A stretch of 64,000 bases of DNA, taken from assembly GCA_963768305.1 (NCBI GenBank), contig CAVYHE010000008.1:1-64000 (forward strand). The letters run 5' to 3'. Origin of the DNA: an uncultured bacterium. GTDB lineage: Bacteria > Margulisbacteria > WOR-1 > CAVSGV01. The position numbers and the translations under genes are program-made. The stretch's first letter is position 1, and the number at the start of each line of letters is the position of its first letter. Shown here one piece after another: positions 22,641 to 33,221 of this stretch. Below the pieces are notes generated by a model. It did no database searches, was not told the origin of the DNA, and was given only the letters and a program-made list of their open reading frames with translations.

Positions 22641-23947
22641 AAATCAGGGCCGCCATATGCATGCTCATTTTGTTCTTTGCCTTCCACAGCCTAAGCTTTG
22701 GCCAAACAACAACAGCGCAGGAATATTATGATCATGCCACGGACCTGTATCTGACGGGCAATCTGGACGGCGCATTGACGAATCTCGGCTTCGCCCTTAA
22801 GATCGACCCGAACTTTACCGCCGCAAAAAACCTTACAAAGACCATCATACAGGAAAAAGGGAGAACGCAGAAGCCGCCCGTCGTTTCCCCTCCCCCGGCC
22901 CCGCCTCCGGCAAGGACAGTGAACCAAATAAAACCGGCGGCTGTCATCGGTGGGTCGCTAACAGCAGATCCTTCGATCTTGTGGGGAATTATCGGGGGCT
23001 GCGCAGGACTTTTTATCTTGTTCATTTTCCTTCCAAAAGTTTTGAGCGGGTATCAAGCCCGCAAGTTGCCTGATCAAGACAGGCTTGACACATGTTTTAT
23101 TTGCGGGACCAAGCTTGATCTTGGCGTGGAATACTGCCCGAACTGCGGCACCGATATAGGGCTGAGATTGATGCGGACCGTTTCTGAAGAGCATAAAAAG
23201 TGGCTCAGAAAAATGGGCTGGAAAGCGAATCCTTTCACTCTGGACATCCATCCCGAGCTCTTTGTCGGCCACAGAAAGGACGGAAAAGAGATCCTGGGAA
23301 AGATCCAGTCGAAAAGCGGCCATATACTGATCACCGGCGCCATAGGCACAGGTAAAACCACCTTTCTGCGCTGGTTGACCATACATTTAGGCAGGGAATC
23401 CATGGCGATTTTTATACCACGCCCTCCGCAGGACTTCAAAAGTCTGATCAAGTATATCATTGAGAAAGTGTATCCCAAAACTACCGGTTTTGACGATAAA
23501 TTCGATATTTATAATTTCAATCAATTGCGGCAGAAGATAAATAAGGACGTGATCTTATTGCTGGATGAAGCCCATGAATACTCGGTCGATATTGAAAGGC
23601 CCTTAAGGACGCTGGGCGACCTGGACCGCGTCTTCCTGATCGCAGCAGGTCTGCCCGAAACCATGGAAAAGCTTAAGAAAGAATATCAGCCGCTGTACGA
23701 CCGAATGGTATTGAAGATCGAATTCAAGAACCTGTCATTTGAAGAGACGCAGGACCTGATCAGGGCGCGAATAAAAAGCGTCAATGGAACGGATTTTCGG
23801 CCTTTTAACGTCGCCGCCATTGACAAGGTCTATGAGCTGTCACAAGGCAATCCCCGCTCCACCATAAAGATCTGCGATAAAGCGGTAGCTAAAGCTATCG
23901 ATCATGATTTGAATCATATTTCCCCTGAATTGATAGAAGAAGCGTAA
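22637..23947 (+). CDS. TPR-TM-zinc ribbon-AAA+ ATPase (ExeA/GspA-like), paralog 2
   Basis: Same architecture as 7968-9392; NPFTLDIHPELFVG, GAIGTGKT, LLDEAHE, GNPR. Confidence 0.85.
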   Translation: MKIRAAICMLILFFAFHSLSFGQTTTAQEYYDHATDLYLTGNLDGALTNLGFALKIDPNFTAAKNLTKTIIQEKGRTQKPPVVSPPPAPPPARTVNQIKPAAVIGGSLTADPSILWGIIGGCAGLFILFIFLPKVLSGYQARKLPDQDRLDTCFICGTKLDLGVEYCPNCGTDIGLRLMRTVSEEHKKWLRKMGWKANPFTLDIHPELFVGHRKDGKEILGKIQSKSGHILITGAIGTGKTTFLRWLTIHLGRESMAIFIPRPPQDFKSLIKYIIEKVYPKTTGFDDKFDIYNFNQLRQKINKDVILLLDEAHEYSVDIERPLRTLGDLDRVFLIAAGLPETMEKLKKEYQPLYDRMVLKIEFKNLSFEETQDLIRARIKSVNGTDFRPFNVAAIDKVYELSQGNPRSTIKICDKAVAKAIDHDLNHISPELIEEA

Positions 23948-23949
23948 GT

Positions 23950-24000
23950 GTCATTGCGAGCTCCGAATGAGCGAAGCATCTCTTCAGGCCTCGCGATGAC
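23950..24000. repeat. REP-like palindrome GTCATTGCGAG...CTCGCGATGAC
   Basis: 11-bp near-perfect inverted repeat just after a stop codon. Confidence 0.6.
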
Positions 24001-24007
24001 GCGATTA

Positions 24008-24016
24008 TGATATAAT
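24008..24016 (+). promoter_or_regulatory. Extended -10 promoter, predicted leaderless tldD mRNA
   Basis: TGATATAAT ending 7 nt before ATG 24023; no SD. Confidence 0.65.
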
Positions 24017-24022
24017 CCTCTC

Positions 24023-25402
24023 ATGCTTTCACGGTCTGAGCTGGAAGAAATACTTAACGCCGCCCTTTCCAAAGGCGGGAATTTCGCTGATATTTTCATG
24101 GAGGATACTTTTCAAACCTCTATAACTTTCGAAGATAACAGGATCGATAAGATAAGCTCCGGAGCCGACGCCGGAGGCGGCATAAGGGTCTTTGACGGGA
24201 GCGCCATATATTACGCCGCAACGGAGGACGCTTCGTTCGAGCGATTGATCGAAAATGCCAGGTTCCTTGCAAATTCAATAAATAAAGCCCCGAATAAAAA
24301 AGATGTGCGGCTGAAGCCGACGCTGTCGCCGCTGCATTTTGAGATAAAGAAAAGTCCCGCTTCCGTGACCATTGAAGAAAAGGTGGCCATCGTCAGGAAG
24401 GCGAATGAAACGGCAAGGTCTTACGGCGGAAAGATAAAGCAGGTGACCGTGAGGTACATTGACACGAACCAGGCAGTTACAATAGCGAATTCCCTGGGCA
24501 ATTACGTGGAGGACAACCGGATAAGGACCCGGTTCGCCGTCAATGTCGTTGCCGCGAGAGATGGAATACTGCAAACCGGATATGAAGGCCCCGGAGGCAC
24601 GGTCGGTTTCGAACTGTTCGAGACGCATGATCCGGAAAAGACGACCAGGATGGCAGCGGAGCGCGCGCTTTTAATGCTTGAAGCCAAACAAGCGCCGTCA
24701 GGAAAAATGACAGTGGTCATGTCCGCCGAAGCTGGCGGGACAATGGTCCACGAAGCATGCGGACACGCCCTGGAGGCGGATTTCATCCAGAAAGGCACTT
24801 CCGTTTTCACCCGCAAGATAGGGCAAAAAGTCGCATCAGAGCTTGTAACAGTTGTGGATGACGCTACCTTGCCCGGAAATTACGGCTCATTCGGGTTCGA
24901 TGACGAAGGAACCCCGTCGCAAAAAAAAGTCCTCATAGAGAACGGTGTATTGAAATGCTACATGTCGGACAGGTTTAACGCTTCGCTTCTGGGATCCATA
25001 TCTTCCGGGAACGGGAGAAGGGAAACATACAGGACAAAGCCTGTCCCCAGGATGACGAACACTTTCATTCAGGCGGGGTTGACGAACCCTTCTGATATTA
25101 TCGCTTCCGTAAAGAACGGCCTCCTGATAAAGAAAATGGGCGGCGGCGAAGTTAATGTGACGAACGGGGATTTTGTTTTTGAAGTCACCGAAGCATATCT
25201 TATAGAGAACGGGAATATTAAGCATCCGGTAAGAGGTGCAATGCTGATAGGCAGCGGGCCGAAAGTGCTTAAGACGATCGACATGGTGGGATGGGACCTG
25301 GATTTCCAGCCCGGCACATGCGGAAAATACGACCACGCCCCGGTCTCGGACGGCCAGCCAACGATAAGGATACCGGAGATAACTATCGGAGGAAGAAGCT
25401 GA
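24023..25402 (+). CDS. tldD: TldD metalloprotease
   Basis: HEACGHALEAD, DDEG, GNGRR..PRMTNT, CGK..PVSDGQP. Confidence 0.93.
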   Translation: MLSRSELEEILNAALSKGGNFADIFMEDTFQTSITFEDNRIDKISSGADAGGGIRVFDGSAIYYAATEDASFERLIENARFLANSINKAPNKKDVRLKPTLSPLHFEIKKSPASVTIEEKVAIVRKANETARSYGGKIKQVTVRYIDTNQAVTIANSLGNYVEDNRIRTRFAVNVVAARDGILQTGYEGPGGTVGFELFETHDPEKTTRMAAERALLMLEAKQAPSGKMTVVMSAEAGGTMVHEACGHALEADFIQKGTSVFTRKIGQKVASELVTVVDDATLPGNYGSFGFDDEGTPSQKKVLIENGVLKCYMSDRFNASLLGSISSGNGRRETYRTKPVPRMTNTFIQAGLTNPSDIIASVKNGLLIKKMGGGEVNVTNGDFVFEVTEAYLIENGNIKHPVRGAMLIGSGPKVLKTIDMVGWDLDFQPGTCGKYDHAPVSDGQPTIRIPEITIGGRS

Positions 25403-25407
25403 TCTGT

Positions 25408-26268
25408 TTATTGAACTTTCGCCAGTATGTCCGGTATCACTTCAACATTGTTCAATGTCATGAAATGAACGCCATCAATGCAGCCTTTAAGCGAGTTGAT
25501 GATCTCGGCTGAAATTTCGATTCCTTCCTTCACCGGATCCTTTGATCTTTCGATCCTCCTAATTATATTTTCCGGCAGATGAACGCCGGGAATGTTCGAG
25601 ATATTCTTAGCCATGGCAAGTGAGCGTATAGGCAGGATGCCAAGAAGCAATTTGATCTTTACGTCCGCCGTTAGATCCCTGAATTTCCTGAAACCGTCAA
25701 TATCATAAACTATCTGCGTCTGGATGAATTCCGCGCCGGCGTCTATCTTCTTTTTAAGTTTCACTACCTGCCCTTCTATCGGCTCGGCGCCGGGGTTCAC
25801 GACACAGCCGATAGTATAATCCGGAAAACCCAAAAGTTTTTCGCCAGAATTATCGACGCCCTTGTTCATGTCACTTATTAATTTGATCAACTGAACGGAA
25901 TCGATATCATAGACCGGCTTTACCACATGATGGAGCGACTTTTTCGGATAGTCGCCGGATACCGCCAGGACATTGCGGATGCCGAGAGCGTACGCGCCCA
26001 AAAGGTCCGCCTGCATGGCAAGAGCGTTCCTGTCCCTGCAGTTCATCTGAAGTATCGGCTCAAGGCCTTTTTGTTTTAATATGGCGCAGAAGGCGACTGA
26101 GCTTAAATGAAGGGCGGCCACCTGATTATCTGTCGCATTAACACCATCCACTTTCCCGATAAGCAGCTCCGCTTTTTTAAGCACGCCGTAAAGTTCCACA
26201 CCTTTTGGCGGTGAAACCTCTGCGGTCACGATAAATTTCTTATTTTTTAATGCTTCCTTAAAGCTCAT
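25408..26268 (-). CDS. metF: Methylenetetrahydrofolate reductase
   Basis: EVSPPKG, CRDRNALAMQADLLGA, KKKIDAGAEFIQTQ. Confidence 0.9.
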   Translation of the reverse strand: MSFKEALKNKKFIVTAEVSPPKGVELYGVLKKAELLIGKVDGVNATDNQVAALHLSSVAFCAILKQKGLEPILQMNCRDRNALAMQADLLGAYALGIRNVLAVSGDYPKKSLHHVVKPVYDIDSVQLIKLISDMNKGVDNSGEKLLGFPDYTIGCVVNPGAEPIEGQVVKLKKKIDAGAEFIQTQIVYDIDGFRKFRDLTADVKIKLLLGILPIRSLAMAKNISNIPGVHLPENIIRRIERSKDPVKEGIEISAEIINSLKGCIDGVHFMTLNNVEVIPDILAKVQ

Positions 26269-26909
26269 CTTAACTCCACTTTCCTCGGTCTTATGGACTT
26301 TGAGCGGTCCTTCGGCTTCTGGAATTTCCTAACTTTATCGAATTGGTTCAATTCCTTCAGCCTTTCAAATATCAGGTACCACGCGCAGTCCAGGCTTTGG
26401 TCCACTTCGCATTTTCCTTTATAAGAGCCGCCACACGGCCCGTTCATTAAATGCTTGGAACACCTTGCCACCGGGCATATTCCGCCAGTCTCGTCCAGGG
26501 CACAGTCTCCGCACATAACACAGAGTTCATAGAACCTGCCAAGCGATTTCGTCTTGCCGAGAAATATCGATTCCAGGGCCGGGAAGGTGGGAAGCTTTAC
26601 GACATCGGATATGGTCTGAACTCCGGCGCCGCAGCCAAGAACGAGCAGAGCATCGGCTTTTTTTATTTTAGCTGCTTCCGCCCTGGAGAATTTCAGGACA
26701 AGCCGCTCGTCGCACGGCGCTTCTATCACATACGAGCCGGTGATCTTCTTGCCGTCTTTTTTGAGCGAAGCGGCGATATCCATGACCTGCTCTTCCCCGC
26801 CGGTGGAGCATGACGTGGCGCACCTTCCGCAGCCTACAACATATATGCTGTCCGTGCCTTTAAGGCTTTCAAGTATCTTCTTATATTCTTTTTTTTCTGT
26901 GATTATCAT
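26265..26909 (-). CDS. metV: MTHFR-associated Cys-rich subunit (MetV/MTHFR_C)
   Basis: [45 protein letters not shown]. Confidence 0.88.
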   Translation of the reverse strand: MIITEKKEYKKILESLKGTDSIYVVGCGRCATSCSTGGEEQVMDIAASLKKDGKKITGSYVIEAPCDERLVLKFSRAEAAKIKKADALLVLGCGAGVQTISDVVKLPTFPALESIFLGKTKSLGRFYELCVMCGDCALDETGGICPVARCSKHLMNGPCGGSYKGKCEVDQSLDCAWYLIFERLKELNQFDKVRKFQKPKDRSKSIRPRKVELR

Positions 26910-28422
26910 CCAGTATTTTCATCTCTTCCGGAGCAGCGTTCGTCTCCTTGATCTCCAAAGATCTCATATGAGGGAATAAGAGCACATCCCTGATGGATGT
27001 CTGACCAGTTAACAGCATAATGATCCTGTCCACCCCTATACCCAATCCCCCTGTTGGCGGCATGCCGTACTCAAGCGCGCGGAGGAAATCCTCATCCATG
27101 GATTCCGCTTCGTCGTCCCCCGCTTCCCTCGCCTTCACCTGCTCCTTGAACCGTTCTCTCTGGTCCACCGGATCATTGAGCTCTGAAAAAGAATTCGCCA
27201 GCTCCATTCCCGCGGCAATGACCTCGAAACGTTCAACGAGTTTCGGGTTCCCCCTTTTCCTTTTCGCAAGAGGCGAAGTTTCAACCGGGTAATCGATAAC
27301 GAAAGTCGGCTGGATAAGCTTATCTTCGACAAAAGTATCATAGAGATGATTTATTATCTTTCCGACGGGAAGCTCGTCGTGGCCTTCTATGCCTTTCTGC
27401 TTTGCGATGGCCCTTAATCCTTTTTCATCCGTATTGATATCGATGTTCGCGTATTTCTTTAACGCGTCATGAAGCGTGATCCTCGGCCACGGCGGCTTAA
27501 AATCTATTTCATGGTCCTTGTACTTGAACTTGGTAGTGCCCAGGACTTTTTGAGCGATGGATGATATCAGATCTTCCGTAAGCTCCATCATGTCGTTGTA
27601 ATCGGCGTAAGCTTCGTAAAGCTCCAGCATTGTATATTCCGGATTGTGCTTGAACGATATCCCCTCGTTCCTGAAAACCCTGCCTATCTCGAACACTTTT
27701 TCGAATCCTCCTACAATCAGGCGTTTTAAATGAAGTTCAAGCGCGATCCTCAGGTAAAGGTCCATGTCCAGCGCGTTATGGTAGGTCTCAAAAGGCCGCG
27801 CTGCGGCGCCGCCCGGCTGGACGTGAAGCACCGGAGTTTCAACCTCAAGATAGCCTCTGGAAATAAGAAAATTCCTGATCTCGGAGATTATTTTGCTTCT
27901 TTTTACAAATACGTCCTTAACTTCGTGATTAACTATAAGGTCAACATAGCGCTCCCTGTATCTTAATTCCTTGTCGGTCAATCCGTGCCATTTTTCAGGC
28001 AGCGGATGAAGTGATTTTGATAAAAGTTCGAGTTCTGATACTTTTACCGATATCTCCCCTGTCCTTGTCCTGAAGATAACTCCCTTTACGCCGATGAAGT
28101 CGCCGATATCAAGTTTTTCGAACAATCCATATTTATCTGCGCCGATATTATCAAGCTTCACGTATATCTGGATCTTTCCTGTTCCGTCCTGTATGTTCGC
28201 GAAAGACGCTTTTCCGTGACCGCGTTTTGTCATGATCCTTCCCGCAAGTATGATCTCTTCGGAGCTTGTTCCTTCAGCCTGCAGGTCCTTATATTTTTCA
28301 AGGACCGCAGCCGCGTTGGTGTTCCTCAGAAAGCGATAAGGATAAGGATCGATATTTTTCGCCCTTAACTCGTCGAGTTTCGCTCTCCTGACTTTTAATA
28401 ATTCCGATAACTCTTCGCTCAT
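26881..28422 (-). CDS. lysS: Lysyl-tRNA synthetase class II
   Basis: [42 protein letters not shown]. Confidence 0.97.
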   Translation of the reverse strand: MSEELSELLKVRRAKLDELRAKNIDPYPYRFLRNTNAAAVLEKYKDLQAEGTSSEEIILAGRIMTKRGHGKASFANIQDGTGKIQIYVKLDNIGADKYGLFEKLDIGDFIGVKGVIFRTRTGEISVKVSELELLSKSLHPLPEKWHGLTDKELRYRERYVDLIVNHEVKDVFVKRSKIISEIRNFLISRGYLEVETPVLHVQPGGAAARPFETYHNALDMDLYLRIALELHLKRLIVGGFEKVFEIGRVFRNEGISFKHNPEYTMLELYEAYADYNDMMELTEDLISSIAQKVLGTTKFKYKDHEIDFKPPWPRITLHDALKKYANIDINTDEKGLRAIAKQKGIEGHDELPVGKIINHLYDTFVEDKLIQPTFVIDYPVETSPLAKRKRGNPKLVERFEVIAAGMELANSFSELNDPVDQRERFKEQVKAREAGDDEAESMDEDFLRALEYGMPPTGGLGIGVDRIIMLLTGQTSIRDVLLFPHMRSLEIKETNAAPEEMKILDDNHRKKRI

Positions 28423-29147
28423 TTTTCTCTTCTAGCCCCTCTATATATCATGTTCAATCCTTTAAGCGTAAGGTCCGGATCGACTATATCGATCATTTTT
28501 GTGCCTTTTGCGATCAGCGGCGAAAGCCCGCCGGTCGCTATGACCTTTGCTTTTCCCCCGAGTTCTTTCCTGAAACGCTTTATCATACCTTCTATCATTT
28601 CGATGTAACCCCAGTATAATCCAGATCTCATCGCTTCGATAGTGTTTTTACCTATGACATTTTTCGGCTTTTTTATCTTTATCAAAGGAAGTTTGGCTGT
28701 CCTCTCGTGCAGAACATCCCTGGATATCGCAAGCCCCGAAGTTATCGCTCCGCCCAGGTACCGCCCCGATCCGTCGATGGCGCAAAAAGTGGTCGCCGTG
28801 CCCAGGTCGATTATGACAGCGGGCGGACCATATAATTTTACTGCCGCGGCAGCATTCACTAGCCTGTCCACGCCGACCTGCCCTTTGTTCTTTAGCATGA
28901 TCCTGATGGACTTGATGCCTTTCCAGGTCACCACCGCGGGATCTATCCCGTAACGCTTCCGGATATTTTCCGCGACTATTCTCGTTATCTTCGGAACGAC
29001 ACTGGAAATGACCGCCGCATCTATATTTCCCGCTGCCTTGACACTATTGGACGCGAGTGTTAGCATTCGATGCTTGCTGACAAGCCTGTTGCCTTTGAAA
29101 AGCCCGAAAACGATGTTCGTATTGCCTATGTCCACAGCAAGCAGCAT
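28419..29147 (-). CDS. coaX: Type III pantothenate kinase
   Basis: [28 protein letters not shown]. Confidence 0.95.
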   Translation of the reverse strand: MLLAVDIGNTNIVFGLFKGNRLVSKHRMLTLASNSVKAAGNIDAAVISSVVPKITRIVAENIRKRYGIDPAVVTWKGIKSIRIMLKNKGQVGVDRLVNAAAAVKLYGPPAVIIDLGTATTFCAIDGSGRYLGGAITSGLAISRDVLHERTAKLPLIKIKKPKNVIGKNTIEAMRSGLYWGYIEMIEGMIKRFRKELGGKAKVIATGGLSPLIAKGTKMIDIVDPDLTLKGLNMIYRGARREK

Positions 29148-29176
29148 AAATATCAAGAAAATTATAACACAAAAAA

Positions 29177-29205
29177 GTGAAATTTTCGGCCAAACTTGAC
29201 GATAT
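29177..29205 (+). promoter_or_regulatory. Putative sigma28-like promoter
   Basis: GTGAAATTT-N12-GACGATAT; same motif and spacing at 48245-48273. Confidence 0.5.
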
Positions 29206-29228
29206 ATATACGAGAGGTGCATCAGCAA

Positions 29229-29531
29229 ATGAGCAAAGCCAAACTGAATAGGTCGAAGAGCCCGAAAGAAATGTACGTAAAGGTCATTAATGTTGCCTCC
29301 AGTAAGACATCTGACGGCAACCTCTCAAGAATAAAAGAAGAATATGACAGAGAAGGCCATTTAATGAGAAGCTGGAACGTTTTCTCGGCCGCAGGAATAG
29401 CCGCATCCGTCGCCCTCATCGCCAGCCTCGCCGCCTCAGTACTTGGAGTGCCCATTTCCCTTCCCGAAGTTTTCACCCTTGTCAGCGGTTCTTTGATGTT
29501 CGGCTTACTGGCCGGATTTATCCTCAGCTAA
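29229..29531 (+). CDS. Small orphan protein with two C-terminal TM segments
   Basis: SD GAGG before ATG 29229; opposite strand to neighbours. Confidence 0.6.
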   Translation: MSKAKLNRSKSPKEMYVKVINVASSKTSDGNLSRIKEEYDREGHLMRSWNVFSAAGIAASVALIASLAASVLGVPISLPEVFTLVSGSLMFGLLAGFILS

Positions 29532-30452
29532 CTGTTCAATTATCTGCTTCATGTCCCCGGGAATGTCCGACCTGAATTCAAGCGATCTTCCTGTTACAGG
29601 ATGATGGAACGAAAGCATGACCGCGTGCAACAGCTGCCTGGCCGCATCGATCGAACATTTTTTCCTTGAATAAACGCTGTCACCGACTACGGGATGGCCG
29701 ATATGTGACAGATGCACCCTTATCTGATGCGTGCGACCGGTCTTCAGGTCCAGTTCAACAAGAGTGTACTGCTCTTTGCCGGCTGACAATCTTTTAATGA
29801 CCTTATAATATGTTAGGGCCTCGCGCTTTTTCACGTTCGCTGCCGTGAGGACGGCCATTTTTTTCCTGTGGACAGGATGCCTCCCGATCGGCGCGTCAAT
29901 GACACCGGCTTGATCTTTCATTTTGCCGTGGACGAGCGCAACATAGATCTTCTTCACTTCCCGGTTCTTTATCTGCGCCGAAAGCCCTTTGTGCGACGCG
30001 TCATTCTTCGCGAAGACCATCAATCCCGAGGTGTCCTTATCGAGCCTGTGGACCACGCCCGGGCGGACGCAGCCGCCTATACCGGAAATATCCCTGCAAT
30101 GGTGGAGAAGAGCATTGACAAGTGTCCCCCGCTCATTGCCCGCCGCCGGATGGACCACAATACCGGGCGGCTTGTTTATTACGATGATATCTTTGTCTTC
30201 ATAAACTATATCAAGCGGTATGTCCTCCGGCTTTGCGGAGATCTCTTCGGCTTGCGGGATGCTGACGATTATCCTGTCGTTCTCCTTGATATTATAGCTC
30301 GGCTTGGTGAGGCCGTTATTCAATTTGATATGACCGGCTCTTATCAGCTTATCGGTCTGGGAGCGCGAAAGTCCTGTCTCGCGGGAAAGAAAAACATCTA
30401 TCCGTTCTCTTGAAGAGCCCGGTCTAACGATTATGTCGAACTTTTTTTCCAT
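29505..30452 (-). CDS. rluD: RluA/RluD family pseudouridine synthase
   Basis: S4 domain, VHRLDKDTSG, TGRTHQIRVH. Confidence 0.93.
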   Translation of the reverse strand: MEKKFDIIVRPGSSRERIDVFLSRETGLSRSQTDKLIRAGHIKLNNGLTKPSYNIKENDRIIVSIPQAEEISAKPEDIPLDIVYEDKDIIVINKPPGIVVHPAAGNERGTLVNALLHHCRDISGIGGCVRPGVVHRLDKDTSGLMVFAKNDASHKGLSAQIKNREVKKIYVALVHGKMKDQAGVIDAPIGRHPVHRKKMAVLTAANVKKREALTYYKVIKRLSAGKEQYTLVELDLKTGRTHQIRVHLSHIGHPVVGDSVYSRKKCSIDAARQLLHAVMLSFHHPVTGRSLEFRSDIPGDMKQIIEQLAEDKSGQ

Positions 30453-31126
30453 AACGCATATGAGGAAACGAGGAACAACAAGAATGCTGCCAGCTGATTG
30501 GGAGTGAATATGCCGATATGGACCGGGCTGTATCTGATGAATTCCATAAAGAACCGGTATATCGAATACAAGAACAACGCATAAAGGAATATCTGGCCGT
30601 CATATTTCTTTTTATCATAATAATAGACAAGAATGAATAAAATGACCAGGCCCGCGAGCGAAGAATAAAGTTGTGTGGGTTGGTCGATCCCGAAAAGTGT
30701 TATGCCGTAGCAGCATCCGTTCAGATAGCAGCCGATACGGCCGATCGCGTAGCCCAAAGCCGCAGCAGGAGAAACGGCATCCAGCAGCTTCATTATATCG
30801 ATCTTATGATATTTCGTATAAATATAAATGACGATGAGCGCGGCAAGAAGTCCGCCCGCAAATGCCATCCCTCCTTGATTCACATAAAGGATAGATATTG
30901 GATCTTTAATGAAGCTGGAAGGAAATGCCGCCACATATATCAATCTTGCGCCGACTATGACCGATATGACAACATAAATGAAAAGATCATAGAGATGGTC
31001 GTCCTTTATTCCCTCGCGTTCCGCATACCGCAAAGCCACGGCAAGCCCGGCAAGGAACCCTACGGCGGCCATCAAACCCCAGGAATAAATATTGAAAGGG
31101 CCTATTCTGCAGATCACCGGATGCAT
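30431..31126 (-). CDS. lgt: Prolipoprotein diacylglyceryl transferase
   Basis: GARLIYV, GRIGCYLNGCCYG, PTQLY, RFFMEFIR. Confidence 0.93.
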   Translation of the reverse strand: MHPVICRIGPFNIYSWGLMAAVGFLAGLAVALRYAEREGIKDDHLYDLFIYVVISVIVGARLIYVAAFPSSFIKDPISILYVNQGGMAFAGGLLAALIVIYIYTKYHKIDIMKLLDAVSPAAALGYAIGRIGCYLNGCCYGITLFGIDQPTQLYSSLAGLVILFILVYYYDKKKYDGQIFLYALFLYSIYRFFMEFIRYSPVHIGIFTPNQLAAFLLFLVSSYALWKKSST

Positions 31127-31557
31127 TATTTTCTCTCCAATATGAACGTCGCGATTATCAATAAAACCCCCGCGTTTATGGCCGCGTCGGCAAAATTGAA
31201 AACGGGAAAGACCCTGAAATCCACATAATCTATCACATAGCCGAAGAATATCCTGTCAAAAAGATTACCCAGGCTGCCCCCCAATATCAACGCAAGACAA
31301 AAACTGAGGAACAGATTTTGATTGCCTGATCTTGCCTGATAATAGACGACAAGAGCGCAAATGAGCACGCCGATAAGGATAAGTATGATCCTCTGCCCCG
31401 GAAAAAGCCCGAACGCGACCCCGGTATTGCGAACATAGGTCAGGTTAAAAAAACCTTTTATTAAAGGAATGGATCCTACAGGAGAAATACGCGCCGAAAT
31501 GATGGATTTTAAGATGCGGTCAAAAAGGAAGACCAGAAGGGCGGATAAATAAAACAA
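31126..31557 (-). CDS. lspA: Signal peptidase II
   Basis: NTGVAFG, GNLFDR, VFNFAD. Confidence 0.95.
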   Translation of the reverse strand: MFYLSALLVFLFDRILKSIISARISPVGSIPLIKGFFNLTYVRNTGVAFGLFPGQRIILILIGVLICALVVYYQARSGNQNLFLSFCLALILGGSLGNLFDRIFFGYVIDYVDFRVFPVFNFADAAINAGVLLIIATFILERK

Positions 31558-31896
31558 TCACATTCCCCCGGAATCAAGTTTTATCCTGGAACCCGCTCTC
31601 AGGTGCGTATTGACCGCTTCCACGAGCTGGGCTATCATCTGGCCGACGTACGGAAGAGTAATAAGATGCGATAATACCTTCGTCAGGATGATCATAACAA
31701 CCGCAAAAATTATCGTGAGGCCTATGGCAAGGCCGAAACCGCGCATTATGCCCGCAAGAAGGTTCGTTAAGAGCACCTTCCACGGATTCCCCACGAATTT
31801 CAGGTAATCCTGGATCGTTGCTTTCTCAAAATGCGCAGCCAGCTTTTCGATATTCTTGTTCATTCTCTCCAACATATTTATTTCTTTCTCATCCAT
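31558..31896 (-). CDS. Conserved membrane protein (DUF5665-like)
   Basis: NLLAGIMRGFGLAIG..LPYVG. Confidence 0.65.
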   Translation of the reverse strand: MDEKEINMLERMNKNIEKLAAHFEKATIQDYLKFVGNPWKVLLTNLLAGIMRGFGLAIGLTIIFAVVMIILTKVLSHLITLPYVGQMIAQLVEAVNTHLRAGSRIKLDSGGM

Positions 31897-31946
31897 TTGA
31901 TGTCACTCCTTAACTTTTGCCTTTTTACTTTTGCCTTTTGCGTTTG

Positions 31947-33221
<1,275 letters not shown>

